DNA of 62,904 nt, counting the filler, from Choristocarpus tenellus KU-1152 (lineage: Eukaryota > Protista > Phaeophyceae): NCBI GenBank assembly GCA_964200185.2. It is 11 parts of 11 records of this genome, joined end to end, with 100 filler letters (N's around TTAATTAATTAA, not from the genome) between each part and the next. Parts side by side here need not be neighbours in the genome. Positions count along the whole stretch, not along the records: positions 28,757 to 45,996 come from CAXNAD020000698.1; positions 46,097 to 50,103 come from CAXNAD020016695.1; positions 50,204 to 53,708 come from CAXNAD020019571.1; 8 more parts are not named here. One strand, written 5' to 3'. How positions within the stretch are numbered: the stretch's first letter is position 1; every line of letters begins with the position of its first letter. This document shows, piece by piece, positions 39,600 through 53,200 of this stretch. The notes beneath the pieces were generated by a model. It did not search any database. It was not told where the DNA came from and worked only from the letters and a program-made list of their open reading frames with translations. Made by a program: the position numbers and the translations under genes.

Positions 39600-42400
39600 A
39601 TTCTAGGTGAAGTCATATGAAGATTTCATTTCAAGATGAAGCAGTTTCTGTTACTTGGAAAATAAGTACTATCCTTTTTTGTCTCCTTACATTCTTACAG
39701 TATTTCGTTATCCACTACTCAGGCGTCACCCTGCCCTTTTGACACCTTTTGCAAGGGTTGTCTTTACCTCAAGGCTAACACAACAGCTTACCAGTCAAGT
39801 TGATTTTATCCCCGTTGTGTGCAATTTTCTTGGTATTGTTGTATTTGCTTACTTGCTTATCTGCCAATTTTTCGAACTCTCTGGTTCTGTGGGTAACCAT
39901 TTGTAGGATAAGCTTCACATGTGGTTCCTGTTGGCTCTGAAGTCTTGCTTTGAAGCTGAAGAAGGGCAAGGGTCAAACTTCTCAAAACGTCAAACATTAA
40001 GTATACAGTATTGTGTATACAGTATATAGCATATATGTTACGAGGGAAAATACACACAACCACATAGGGGAGTAGATGAGGGAGAAGTCAGACCACAACA
40101 CTTCCCTGGTCTTACGCTTGATCATCAACAAACATCCTTCTGCTAAAGTTAAAACTCCAGATGCACTCCGCTTCCACCTTACACCCTGAAATACTTGTAT
40201 ACGTACAACTGTGGACAGAACTGTTCCTGATAAACAATATACATTTGTTTCCTCTTACCCAAGTCCTATCTTGTTTGTTGAAAATATTATGATTCGTGAG
40301 GCGTGTTCGTCTCATTTGTCGTTACATAGATGTGGTTGGTTGGGACTTAGGGCTTGTTGAAGAGGCTTCAAAATTTTTGTGGTTATGGTTGTATCATGAT
40401 ATCCCCTCCTCTCCAACATCATGTTGATGGCATGAAACGTCCCATAGAATGTTGGACAAATCTAGTCATCCTTATCTTCTCTGACGCATGAATATCAGAC
40501 CTGTGGATACACTGTGTCTTTTGTGTAGATTTGATGCAGGAAGCAGGCCTCACACTCCCATCAAGGCATGAAGAAGAGTCTCCTAATTGTTATGGACAGT
40601 AGCCATGTCTCAACAAGCACACTGGTTTACTTTGAAATAATCGAGTCAATACAAACCTTTCTATTTCAAGTAAATCAATACCAATAAATGATCCAACCAG
40701 CAATGTTGGTATATTGATTGTGTACTTTGGGAGGTGGGATGCCGCAGATCCCTGACACTGGAAGAACAGAAACCTGGCCAACCTTGTAAAATACTTTTGG
40801 CAACACCTTTGAGGTGTAAATCAAAATACAGTGGAGCTCACACAGTTGGTCTCTTAAACTGGATTCTGTTCCTTTACCAAATATCATTTGATGTAATTCC
40901 AGTTTGTGCAATTCAATATGGTGTAACGAGAGAGTAGAAAAATCGATTTACCCAATTGCTTGTGTACTAAACTTCAACCCGAATAGAGACAGAGGATAGT
41001 GGGAACCACAATTTGTACCATTTTCTAGTTGTTTCTGGTGACACGATGCTGTTCTTTCGATGAAGAGATACCAATGTTTTTCGAGACAAACGATTATGAA
41101 AATCTCAGACCTGAACACAGAATATCCATGAGATGAAAGGTAACATATGTAGGAAAGGCTTCTTCTTCCAGGAATGCAGTATTATTCGTTCCATTTACTG
41201 TTAAACATACAAAGAACCTCCCCTTCCTAGCTCTAAGAGCAAAGTAGTGACTATTTTCATCACTCAGTATGCTCTAATGTTGAGACATCATTTCAAGGAG
41301 TAACTCGGAAACATCACTACTGTGCTATATCGCTTTCTTATTTGAAGCTGAAACTAGAGCCTATCCCCAAAATGTACACTCAACATAACAATTCAAGGAT
41401 CAGCTCAATCACAGCGTGGTACTGTGAAAATTGCCGGCACTGTAGGACCATGAAATACCAGAAGCCGAAGTCACGCAACACATGAGGATGTTGTAAAGAG
41501 GAGGTTTGCACAGGAACTAAATGGCAGTCAAGTGCAACGCCTTCTGTTGTGCTATGGAGTGTGATTCCCTGCTTCTGATAATCACGTTTGTCATCCAGCA
41601 GTGACCGTTCTGTTGAGCTCTACCACAAACTAGAGTGGTTTTCTTGAGAAAGTAAACAAGTTCGACATGATTAGTGGGAACCCAGCCTTCATTTCTAACA
41701 TGTGGTTTGACCGAAAGGGGTGTATATTGCGTGCGTCTTACACCTCCCATTACTCAAAGAAAGGGGTGAGAAATGACTGTACTGTCTATCTTGCTGTTTT
41801 AATTCGGAACTCCTCTCCCATAAACAATATCCCCCAAAGAAGAGGTTCTGATTTACTTGGTCTGGACTGCTCAAAAGCAGACCAATGGATGTCAGGACGA
41901 CAGGACGGAAAACCTATCCAACATAGAATGGTCGTGTGCCCTACGAGTCAGGTACTGCAGGTAGTGCGTTGGTCCAGACAGAGTAGACACTGCAATTTAT
42001 TCCATCTTTCAGCAAACTCGTCCTTTACCCTTCCCTATCCTTAGTTTGCCTTCCGGACTCTCCTATTGCACGCACCAAGCTTTCCAATTTCAACTCCTCG
42101 TTGCCATACTGGGTCAAAGTCTCTTCTCTAAGAATTCTCCAGCGAGAATCTGCAACGCAAAGATCAAGATCACCTCACGGCAGGACTCCACAGCGAGCAG
42201 GGGGTTCCCCCTTCTTCCTGCGAATTAGAAGTTGGTTGAGCTTTCGCCTGGATTTCTCACACACAGAGCAGAAGGTACCAAGATTCAAACAGAAGATATG
42301 AGAAGTCACAGACCTTGTTTGTATATTTGGCGACTGCTTTTGAATATGGCCTCGGGTCAGAGGCTTCAACTCAAGTTAACAATACCTAGCAACTTGAAAA
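39600..42400 (-). mobile_element. Possible highly degenerate gypsy-type pol remnant
   Basis: Scattered broken fragments resembling RT (~41600-41250) then integrase (LRDQLCELH, ~40850) in gypsy order; no intact motif. Confidence 0.3.
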
Positions 42401-44182
42401 ACAATACAGCCGCACAGGTGGGGTAGGGATTAGATATGAAGAGTAATGTGTTGTCAACCTCCTCTGTAGCTCACGATTGCTACCTCTACTGGCTCCATCA
42501 ATCTGGTTTTATGCCTTTGACTGTTTCATCGCCTCATGCATTCTACAGTGTACGCGCGCACCTTTCAATCTTGTAAGGATATCCAAATCAGCATGCTTGA
42601 AACTCGAAACAAGCTGTGGGTGAAGCAGTTGATGCGTGGTGCATAATTCGGAAGTGTTGAAGGCTAAATAGGCAGGAAGGAGGGTAGCAAAGTGATGGGT
42701 AGAAACCTAGATTCCTAGTCCTTATGATGACCTGGCCGTTTTGTAATACCGAATGATTCACACAGAGTCAAAATTGCTGACTGAGAGAATCACATTTTCT
42801 AAATCGTCTTTCATTGAATTGGTTCCTGCTCGCTACGTTGACTGTAAGGTATTCAATCCCATTGTCAGGAAGAGGGTATCAGGGATTGAAGTGTATGGTA
42901 CACTCTACAATACTTCTTTAGTATCGTAGGGACTCGAACATGATGGGAGTTACTCACTCATTACTGCAAAGTTGTTTGATCACATGCACCCATTCCGACC
43001 TGGTCACTTCAGTATAAGTACTATCGTGAGCAGGACCACATCTTGCCGTTGATGAACCACAAACACCCAACAGAAGTCTTCAGAGACTCTAATATCAACA
43101 ACTCAAACATTCAAAAATGACAACTGGGTAACCCATTATCGTTGGGCATTAGTTTGTGGAATCGAATGAAGAACTTGAACTCTGGGAATCACAGGAAGAG
43201 ACGAACTTGACAAACAGAGCGGAAGTAGTGGTGAAAGCAGATGAATGTTCATGTCTTCCTCTCCTCCATCTTGAGGACAATGGTACCAGAGCTCGGACAA
43301 CACTGGTTTGATCTTTGATGTCCAATCTAATGTTGATGTCTGATGTCTGATGTCTGACGTCTGATCTCTAATCTCCGTCCTGTCCATGATAAGTGGAAGT
43401 ATGGAGGGGGCCAGTCAGATTCTTTAGATGCTTCCCTAGCTCTTCGTCTTGTGGTGTAGGGCTAAGCTAGGTTCGAGGCATAGCAGGGGAGAGGTGTAGC
43501 ATAGCTGGTAGTCAAATAGTCAAATAGATTTTCGAGAGATATTTTTTCACGTTTATTACGACAACTGTTACTTTTACACATGTTCTGAAGATATCGAACT
43601 GGCTTTTCCCCTGGCACATCTATCAAATGTGAGAGGGCGTAATGAAGATGTAAATGTGTGAGAGCCATCTTCCAACTAAGGCAACTGTTTAGGGCGACCT
43701 ATCTTGAAGTTCTGTTGTTAATATGACCAAACTCCCTCATTCACTTTTTCACTTATTTTTTGTGATCTTCTAAGGGATTTCTCTCCCTCTTGCCTTGTCT
43801 CTCTCCATTTTCCTGACTGTTGTAGGTGTTTCCCTTTCCCTTCAGTCTGAAGAACCTGTCAGGCCGTTTCCATCTGTTTCACAGGTAGAAGTATTTTGGA
43901 AGAGACAACAGTAGTCAGTTGGTTGCAGGGAAGTAAGCAGTAGAAAAAATCGGTAAAGCGGAGGAGAAACATATATTTTGTATTATTATTATTATGCCCT
44001 CTGACATTATTTTGTGAATTTATCAGAGATTTTTGACAAGCAGATTAATTGTTATCATATATTTGGTTTTCATTGGTGTGCCCCCTGACACATCTGCAAA
44101 ATGTCAGAGGGCATAATAATAAAAATAATATATTTGACACAATTTTTGCGGTATTGTTCTCTTTGTTATACCGCAAAATTCA

Positions 44183-45220
44183 TATATTATTCTAACCTCT
44201 AAAATTTTGGAGATGTGTGACGGGAAAACCAAAGAAAACCATTCAAATGGCAGAATAACCCCTGAAAATGTACCAGTTGTGGTAATGTGAAAGACATGTG
44301 AAAGACGTTCGTGTATTTATTATTTTACTACAACCTATGCTACAACACTCCCCTCGTGTCCCTCCAACCTAGCTTAGTCCTGCATCCCAGGGTGAGGAGG
44401 TAGGGGAGCATTCCAAGAATCTAACAAGCCCCTCCTTGCCCACCTCCCTGGTGTTTCCAGCTTAAATAAAACGCGTGACACGTCTAGATAGGGTTACTTG
44501 TGTTGTGACTGAAACTATCTGGCGTAGGCTGGATTTGGACAGTCCCTCTCCTGCTGTAGGCTCCTTTCCCTCTCCCCCCTACCGTGTGTGTAGCCATCTC
44601 ATCCAGAAAACATTCCGTCTTGCTTGCCGAGGCGCCCAAGACTTTCCACCACGAAGGTGTTGAGGTTAAAACTAGGAGAGTCAAAACACCCCTCATCGTG
44701 GGAGCGTTTTCGCGCCTCTGCTGCAGCAGCAGTTACACCATTGCTGGTGGAGAGTGGAATTATCTTAGAGGGTACGAGTTTTGCCCTGTTTGTCCATTTG
44801 GGACATGGCTTCCCATTGGTTCTTTTACGAAATTTTTCCTAGTCCGAAATGCTTAGGAGTAGGTAAAGTGTATATATGCTATGAAAAGGTGTGTCCGAAA
44901 CATAGATATTGACATTTCCTAACAAACATTATAGCCAAAAATATATCAAAATCGCAACATTGGATTTTGACCCCAAATGGACACGGCTCTACCCTCTAAG
45001 ATACTTTGGCTCTGGATGAGTGTGGAAGGTGAGATGCTGCCTGCACTTCTACAAATGTATGATCCAGAAGGAGGCCTTTGTCGCAATATGGAGCTGATCC
45101 AGCATCATCCAGAAGTGTCACAAGATTGAAGATTAGATCCTTACGGAAATTCTGGTCTACTGTAAATGGGTTACCTTCCTCTATAGTTCAAGGGATGTCC
45201 ATTCCTTTTTTCAGAGTTGC
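44183..45220 (-). mobile_element. Second copy of the RLE non-LTR element 3' region, interrupted by a MITE
   Basis: Reverse complement matches ~36200-36950 (FLDEMATHTVGGRGKGAYSRRG; gaagtgcaggcagcatctcaccttccacactcatcca; same 3' tail). Confidence 0.8.
44752..45012 (+). mobile_element. MITE family B, full-length (261 bp), TSD TGGA
   Basis: tgga|gagtggaattatcttagagggta ... taccctctaagatactttggctc|tgga. The empty site with a single tgga is visible in the paralogous LINE copy near 36395. Confidence 0.9.
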
Positions 45221-47349
45221 CTAGTATTATTCGAAATTTGATGAAGTTCAGATTGTATTACGTTGTTTCTTTTGTCTTCAATGGTTAATTTATTCCAGAT
45301 CTCCAAACATTCATATTTTTTAATATTTGAATTTCATGATTCAAAAATATCTTTTCATCGTGTTTATGGTTTGTGGTTCCTTCTATCTAGTCTATGAAAT
45401 ATGGAGAACATCGAATTTATTTCAAAGTACGTATAATATATACTATATGAACAGTGTAATACCAATACAAAATTCCTCTGTCCACAGACAGGCATCGATA
45501 TACATTTTGGATCTACGTTCGTATCATACGTTGTATCTTGGTACTGCGACATTATTCTTGATACATCTTTCTTAAGACGTCGTTTGCTCATTCCTCGAAT
45601 TTACAGTTTGGGTGAGGTATTCAATGTTAAAACAGGTGAAAGAGAGGTTGGGATTTTAATCCTCTAGCCAAACGTCTTCCAACACCTTAACACCATCCCT
45701 GACCAGGAATGAGACACGGAGACACCAAAGAAGAGGAAGAATCCAACTAATTCAGAGAGAAATGGTATGTGGTCGCGAACCTCCTCCTTCCAGGCAACCT
45801 AAAATGGTCTGTTGTGAAGCTATACCAATCAGGAACCGTACGATCCTGTGTGCATTGTTAGCACAGTTGGGAATCCACACAGTAGTGTCGCTGAAACATT
45901 GGCGGAGGTGCGGATGATCCTGCAGTCGATTTTGGAGTCGATCATGGTCAAGAAGGTGCGGATAACACCTACAAACTGCTCTAGGCAAGGGAAGACNNNN
46001 NNNNNNNNNNNNNNNNNNNNNNNNNNNNNNNNNNNNNNNNTTAATTAATTAANNNNNNNNNNNNNNNNNNNNNNNNNNNNNNNNNNNNNNNNNNNNCAGA
46101 TGGAAAGGTCGCAAAGATTTTCAGATATATTCCAATGTCTGTAAACCAAAAGAAGCCTCAACGATAAATGATGGTAAGAGATCCTAAAAATGGCTCCAAA
46201 CGACTCAAATCTTCTGACCCAGAGACCCCACCTTTTCAGTTCTCTTTTACTGATATCAATAAACATACTTTCCTTGTGCTACTTGATTCACCTGAGAGTA
46301 CTCCTGTTCTGCTGAGCTGATGTGCATTAATCTGTTAATTAGATTTGAGTTGTACATCCTCTGGAGTTGAGTTCTTAGGGGCGCCTGTAACATGTCTTGC
46401 CTTTTTTGTTGTGTTCAAGATGTGATGGTCGTGTACATGTAGGCAGCCTGAGAGTGCATTACTGGTTCTTCCAATGCAGAATTGGAGTTGGGATTTGGTG
46501 TATGTATATTTTTGTGTGCTTAGGTTCTTTGTAATGTGGGCATAGTGTGACAACAACCCTGCCTGCATTAGTCTATGTTTTGTGTCCGACCCATGTCCCT
46601 CTCTTCTCAGAAGACCCCATTGATTTCTTGTTGGGTTACTGGGCTGGGAGGGAGTTGAGATTGCTTTGTGTGTTGGATATATGACCCCATCCCTGCCTCT
46701 TGAGGCAGTATTGACACTAGAGTTGATCGATAATGTGGAGAGGGGTGTATATATAACTCAAGATCACTACCATAACTAAGGGCAGCTTTTGTGCTTCTGA
46801 ATTTCTTTCTGTGAAATTAAATGTAATTGGCACTGAGCCTACATGATAAATATGGTTGCTGTTGGAACCAATCATCAAGAGCAAGTTGAAATGCAAAATA
46901 TGTAAGGTTAGGAGTCAATAATTTAGTTTGTGTGAGATTCTGTTGCTAGAAGAAATGACCGATATTGGGATAGCTGTTGAGTAGCAGCATATTCTTTCAT
47001 CCATACGAACGCTGTTATATATACCATCTGGTCAGAGATACATATATTTCTGCTTTTATAATACTCCAACTATTTATTGGCTCAAATGAGAAGAAACAAA
47101 ACATACAAAGATGAGAGGGCGATCTTCCAACTATTCCAGAAGCTTCTTTTTTTTCTCCAGGTAAAAGAGCTGTTTCTTCGTCTATCCCACAAATAGCAAT
47201 CAGTATTACAATTGGAATGCTATTTGGCCTGACAAAACGACAAAATTCACTTGTTAAGTATAAGGCAAGAATATTAAAAACATATTTGTACGGGAAGGTG
47301 ATATAAGCCTTAATGATGAACACTAAAAATGACAGCATAATGAACCTGG

Positions 47350-48550
47350 CGAAGGGATGGTAATTTGTCATATTAAAGAGTTAGAATTTGGAACTATAAT
47401 AACTGAGTGCTATGGAACTTGCCTTCAATGCAGCACCTATGGTTATCAAATAATAATGTTTTTTTCTGGTGATGAAGATTTTTCTTTTTCTTTTTCCTAG
47501 TTATCTTTGTTTTGGCTTACGTACATTTTAGAAAATGGTAAATCTGCAATAGGGAAAGATTTGATGATCGTATCTAATATCTCCTTCCAGATTAAAAAGC
47601 AACCTAATATATATATCTTTTTGTAAACTCAAATGTTATCTTTTGTATTCCCTTCATTATTTATGCAAAATATTAAGGTTGTGATAAAATTATTATAATC
47701 TCAGATGGAGACAAAAGAAATAGAGTTTCTTATCTTTGTTAACATCAGACCATTCTTAAATTTATATCATCCATCATGGAAGCAGAATGGGTTGTCTGAG
47801 TAGTTGACTGAATATTCTCATTTGCATATTAGTAAGGCTTAAAATAAAACTGGAGATAAGGCAAAACTACAAGACGGACCAGGGGATATTATGCTAATCA
47901 CTTTTATTTCTCATCAAATAGTTAAATTCAGCTCCCATGTGGGGCTTTTGAGCAATTGAGTTTAGATTATCCACTGGCAGGGTGACAATTGGTGAAAGGA
48001 CATAAATATATCCATTTGTTTCTTTATGTTATGAAAATAAATCTTCAAGAAAACGACGCTATATCTCGAGAGAAACGAGAAAAAAGGCAAGAATTCAGTC
48101 GAATTATTCGTATATATTTCTATCCAAATTTCCTTTTTTGGTCTTACGGAGTATGGGTAAACGCTTGCTTTATTATAATACGATAATGGTTAACATAAAT
48201 ATGCTTTCTTATGCCTCCTTTGGCATTATTTATGCTTTTCTCTGCATCCATAGTTTGCACCTTGTCAAATTTTGAAAGTTCAATTGTCCAAAATATCTTT
48301 TGAAACTTGGGTAATCTCATCTCTAGAATAATGTACTAAAAGAGAAAATTAGTAGTATCAAATCTATCGGCCGTTCAGGAATGTCGTTACAAGCAATATT
48401 AAAAAACTTACGATCAATGAGCTTTTGATGGTTAACACTCGAGTGTTTTTTAGCAGCCATGGAGACGAGTAGCTTCACACGTTCTGGTGATAAAGTCGAT
48501 TTCTGATATTCTGGTAGTTTATTTGCTTGGGCTACCATAACTCTTGAATC
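47350..48550 (-). mobile_element. Degenerate AT-rich non-LTR reverse transcriptase remnant
   Basis: FALSPVLF (~47860) followed about 25 codons later, with a frameshift, by ASMMDDIN (~47770), matching LINE RT QG..LSP.LF / Y.DD spacing. Confidence 0.4.
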
Positions 48551-48640
48551 ATTGCTATCTCTCGAGCCTCCACTACTAATTTATCAGCAATATTATTGTT
48601 TCACAATTATTGTGGTAATATATTGTGAATCCAATACTCC

Positions 48641-48877
48641 AGAGTTTTGTCCTGTTTGTCCATTTGGGGCTTGGCTTCCCGTACTTTTTTTTCAATGAAA
48701 TTTTCCTACTCCAAAATGTTTCAGTGTAGGTAAAATGAATACGTTATGAAAAGGTGTGTCCGCAACAAGGATATTGACACTTCCTAACACACACGATAGT
48801 CAAAATTAATCAAAATCGCAGCATTGGATTTTGGCCCCCAAGCGGACGGGGCTCTACCCTCTAAGATACTCTGACTC
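48641..48877 (+). mobile_element. MITE family B, left end truncated
   Basis: Colinear with 44775-45012, ending taccctctaagatactctgactc. Confidence 0.82.
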
Positions 48878-49218
48878 AAAAGCTTAGAATAACTAATGAA
48901 GACACAAAAATAATCAATTTATCAACTAAATATTGTTCGGTAAGCTCAAAGATTAAACAACTTTTGTCCAAAGTCTAATAATTTAGATATAACCATATCG
49001 AGCTAAATATTTCCTAAAAGACAAATTGAAGGTAGTATTTATTTAGCAAAAGGAACTAGAGTTGATGATAACTTAAGTTCAGACCTCTTTAAAAGTATGC
49101 AATATCTCTATCAAGATATTCACCGGACCCTTGATGATTATTACCACCAACTACCATTTTCTCTTCAATGATAGATTGCCTGAGATATTTTTATTTATCA
49201 GTAAATTGCTACCATCAA

Positions 49219-49321
49219 ACTTTCATTATCCAACGTATGGAACCAAATCACCCAAAAATCGCGACATGAAAAAATTGATCCCAAATGGACAGCCGCCATC
49301 CCCCCCCAGATACGTTGAGCC
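49219..49321 (-). mobile_element. MITE family A, partial (reverse)
   Basis: ...cccaaatggacagccgccatcccccccagatacgttgagcc. Confidence 0.8.
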
Positions 49322-50511
49322 TAGCCTGTCACGGCATTGCATATGACCGTTGTTGTATTTGTGGTTCAAGGTTTTCCCACATAACTTGAAAAATCTGACC
49401 ATGGGAAGTAGGTGCCTCAGTTAATGGGCCGATTCCCCACACTGTTGGTTTTTGATCATTGATATTTATTCGTATGTTGTGCCTCGATTTTCCCATAATG
49501 ACAACACAAAATCATACTTGGAAGTACGGAATTTCAACTTAGGACACTTGCTCCAAAGCCTATCGAGCAGTGGAGTCAACCTCGACTTCAGTTGCGAGGA
49601 CTGAAATTCCGGGAAGAAGGGAGAAATACTTTGAAGCCCTAGTATTAGCATTATATCTGGGTGAAGACATCACTGTGCGTAGCGCATTTGAAAAAGTGTG
49701 GAAGAAGCCTTTGACTGCCTCGTACAGTGTAACCTCCAGGAACTGTGATAGCCTTCTTGCAGGTGCCAAGGTCCTTGACTTGGGATGTAGACGGAAGGAA
49801 CAAAAAGCAAAGAATAATGTCAACCCCGTACAGACATGTGGACACTATGTACAGATGTTAGGATGCAATAGCTGCAAGATGGGTAGCCAGGGTTAGGTTT
49901 TGGAAGATGTGCGTGAAAACGCGAAAATGAGATTACAGTTGAGAGGTGGTGGTTCCCCAGTCCACAGTGTTCTCCTGTACCACAGTGCTGTGAAATTTCT
50001 CCCAGTAAGGTTTTAGGCATATTTTAAAGTCGCAAGTTTAGGATTAGGTTTAGGCTTGGGTTTGGCATTAGTGTTACAGGCGAGTAGCGCGAGTATTTCT
50101 TCCNNNNNNNNNNNNNNNNNNNNNNNNNNNNNNNNNNNNNNNNNNNNTTAATTAATTAANNNNNNNNNNNNNNNNNNNNNNNNNNNNNNNNNNNNNNNNN
50201 NNNTATACTTCTGCTCACACAACCTAACATGTGCCCCCCCCACCCCACCACCCAATGTTCTCGTCTCATAGATCTTGCCTTCCATGTGCTAAATAAAAAG
50301 CCAAATGCAACCTAGCTCATTGCAGTGGCAAACTCCTCAAAAAAAAAAAATGCTGTAGCCACGCAGTAACCACAACAAAAGCATCAGTCCAGACTCTTAA
50401 CAATACTCCATCTACTATCCAACAGAATAACCATGCCAATACATACAGCCTATTTCCAACACCCAAGGCACAAAATTGTTTGGCATGCATGCAACATGAA
50501 CCACCACTCAC

Positions 50512-52429
50512 CAGAAGCCTCAGCCTAGCATGCTCATTCATGTACTCCTTCACCTGCACCTTAAGCTCTGCTTCTGTCTTGCACTTAACACACAGAACAC
50601 AACATATTACAGCAGGAGGACCAACACAGAATTAACTAAAATACAGGAAAAAATAACAAGAGATTGTGGGAGGGGATCAGGATGGAAATCAAGCACATGT
50701 TCAGGAACGGTAAAACAACGCTAGGCAGGCATAGCACTTGTACGATAGATGGCCCAGTCACCAAGGAGGGAACGTGATAGGCCCACTGCAGAACAGCTCT
50801 GGGGCACAATACATCACCAAGAGTAGTTGCAGGGGCACAATACAGATATTTTACATACCATAGCCCTAGCCCTTATTCTTACCCCCTAAAAAACGATAAT
50901 AACGATAAGGATAGTAAAATCTCAAAAAAAAGAGAGAATTGGTCAGATAACTCATTGTACATTCCGGTCTAGCACTACACCACAAAAAAAAACCCTGCAG
51001 AGCCAGTGCAAATGCAAGACTTTGCAACCACTCGTGGTGTTATACAAAAAGTACTATGTGTATATATATAAATAAATAATATACTTCATGGAGACATTCA
51101 TCCACCATCTCACCGACCGACTACATTCTGTCCAATCACATCCCTCTCTTTCAAAGACAAAAGGTTCCCCTCCCCTCGCACTCGATGCAACCAACCTCAC
51201 CATATCGCAAATGTCCAAACACAACAGCACACTTTGGTCACAGATATACAACATAGCTATCATGAACAAAATTTCCACCCAGGCGTCTCAACTTATGGTC
51301 GCAGTGACAGGAGACATACCAAACCTTGACATCAACAGGGAGCAGGGAGGTAAATTGAACCAGTAGAGACAACAGAGCTATGGTTCTGAGTACAAATTGG
51401 ATATTCCTACCAACAACACATTGAGGAACAAGCGGATCGTATGACAGTTGAAGCTATAATACCAATATATAGAGAGATAAAACACATGTACCGATGACGG
51501 TACATATGCAATGCTTTATACCGTCACCTTTTTTTTTTGCAGTCAGTCACATACCGTTCCATCAACTCTTATGACTCACACATTTTACAGTCATGACTAG
51601 AAGTCTCAGGGTTACAATAAAAAAACTATGCAAGCAAGAACACACAACCAACTCATTCTATTTTTTTTCAACTATACAGAACAGTAAATGATAGCATGAA
51701 AAACAAATACTCCAAAGAGCACATGCAAAGACCACGAGCCCTAACCCTAATTCTCCCCCCCCCCCAAAATAGTAAAAAAGTATTAAAAAAACATCTCAAA
51801 AAAGAACCGGCATAGAAAAACAAGCGAAAAATAAACCAAACAAGAACAATTACACAGTGCATTACAAGGGGGCAATCCACACATGCTAACTCCTCCCAAT
51901 GACCCCTTCTCAGTTAGGGCTCAACATTATTATCAGGGAAGTAAACGTGGAACAAAATCTCTTTTGCAAACTCACCAATCTCTTGGACGAATCAGAGACT
52001 CTCTCCAACCAGATATGAGAGGATCAATGAAGTCAACATGACCTTAAAACTTACTTCTACTGCCAGTCTTACGCATGAAATATTCTACATACCGTCATAC
52101 CTTTCTCACACAATAGTCATACCATTCCACCAACTCCATCCACTCTACAACTCCTTACCTAACCCTACAAACAAAATAGTATGATGCCCTCTGACATTTC
52201 ACACATGCATCAGGGAAAAAAACCCAACGAGAAGCCAACTCAGTACTACCCCCAAGAACCCCAGCCATAAAAAAAAAAAAAAAAGAACTAAAAAAAATAA
52301 AGGAGTAAAAATGAAGTTCAGACAGATGCCACAGTCCACCATAAACGCCAACTCCTTACCTGTGGCAACACGAGGTAAAGCATTTTCTCAGCAGCAAGTC
52401 TCTTGGCCTCTTTTTTCGTAGCCGAAGAG
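50512..52429 (-). CDS. dsRNA-binding-domain protein, partial. Exons 52429-52360 and 50583-50512
   Basis: gacag|...cag|gtaagg encodes SSATKKEAKRLAAEKMLYLVLPQ (dsRBD alpha-2 KKxAxxxAA motif). It joins in phase 0 to gttaag|CKTEAELKVQVKEYMNEHARLRLL|gtgagt. Confidence 0.6.
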
Positions 52430-52979
52430 CTGTCAGATTGCAATTGCGTTAACACCCAACGCCTGCACGAACGCAAAACCCAGACAGGCGGGGCACGCAC
52501 ACAAAACAAAAAAAAATACAACAGATTCAGAACGAAACACGGAGAATGCCAAGAAGATTCATTCGTTAAAAATAAAACTATAAAATAAAATCGAGAGGAA
52601 TGTAACTTTCTGTTCGAAACAATTCTATTTGCAATTATTATCAGTATTAAAAAAATATATAGTAAAGAACTCTCCCACCATTTCAAATTCACGCCGTGGA
52701 ATATAAAGAAAACCATGGCCTTCCTTCTTCTCAGGTCTCCATCACAACTCTGTCAGAGATTTGAAAGGGCTTCTCATTGGAGGAACCAGTGTCTGTTGGA
52801 GGATTAATTTCCCTTTTTCAACTCTCATCTTTTTTTTTATTCATGAGGTTTGCACACATGATCAAAAATCCCCTCTTGTCCAGGCTTACCAAATAAATAC
52901 AAGATTTATAGTGTCAGGGAAACGGCATCGCTACCATTGAGAAAATCTAATGACGGTATGTACTACTGAGTACATACCA

Positions 52980-53200
52980 CCATCGGTATATATGCATATC
53001 GGCAATATACCCTACAACGTCTACAAGATCTGCCAGAATCCCCTCTGTCTGGTTGGAGAAAATCTCCAATTTGTCCTCAAAACGATTGACCCAAAGAATA
53101 TTTCTGTTACCCTGCTGTTGCGATCTCATTATATCTTGAAGGAGAACAGAATATTTTTTATTATTAACTTCAGAACACGCCATGCAATAATAACATTCTG
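52980..53200 (-). mobile_element. Possible distant RLE non-LTR fragment
   Basis: LEIFSNQTEGILADLVDVVG resembles FECLSKQAEGFLDELATRKVGG of the copy near 36500. Confidence 0.3.

Noticed and set aside
49466-49896. Coding exon in the overlapping ORFs
   Set aside because: Coding-like composition, but no recognisable motif or consistent splice and phase model.
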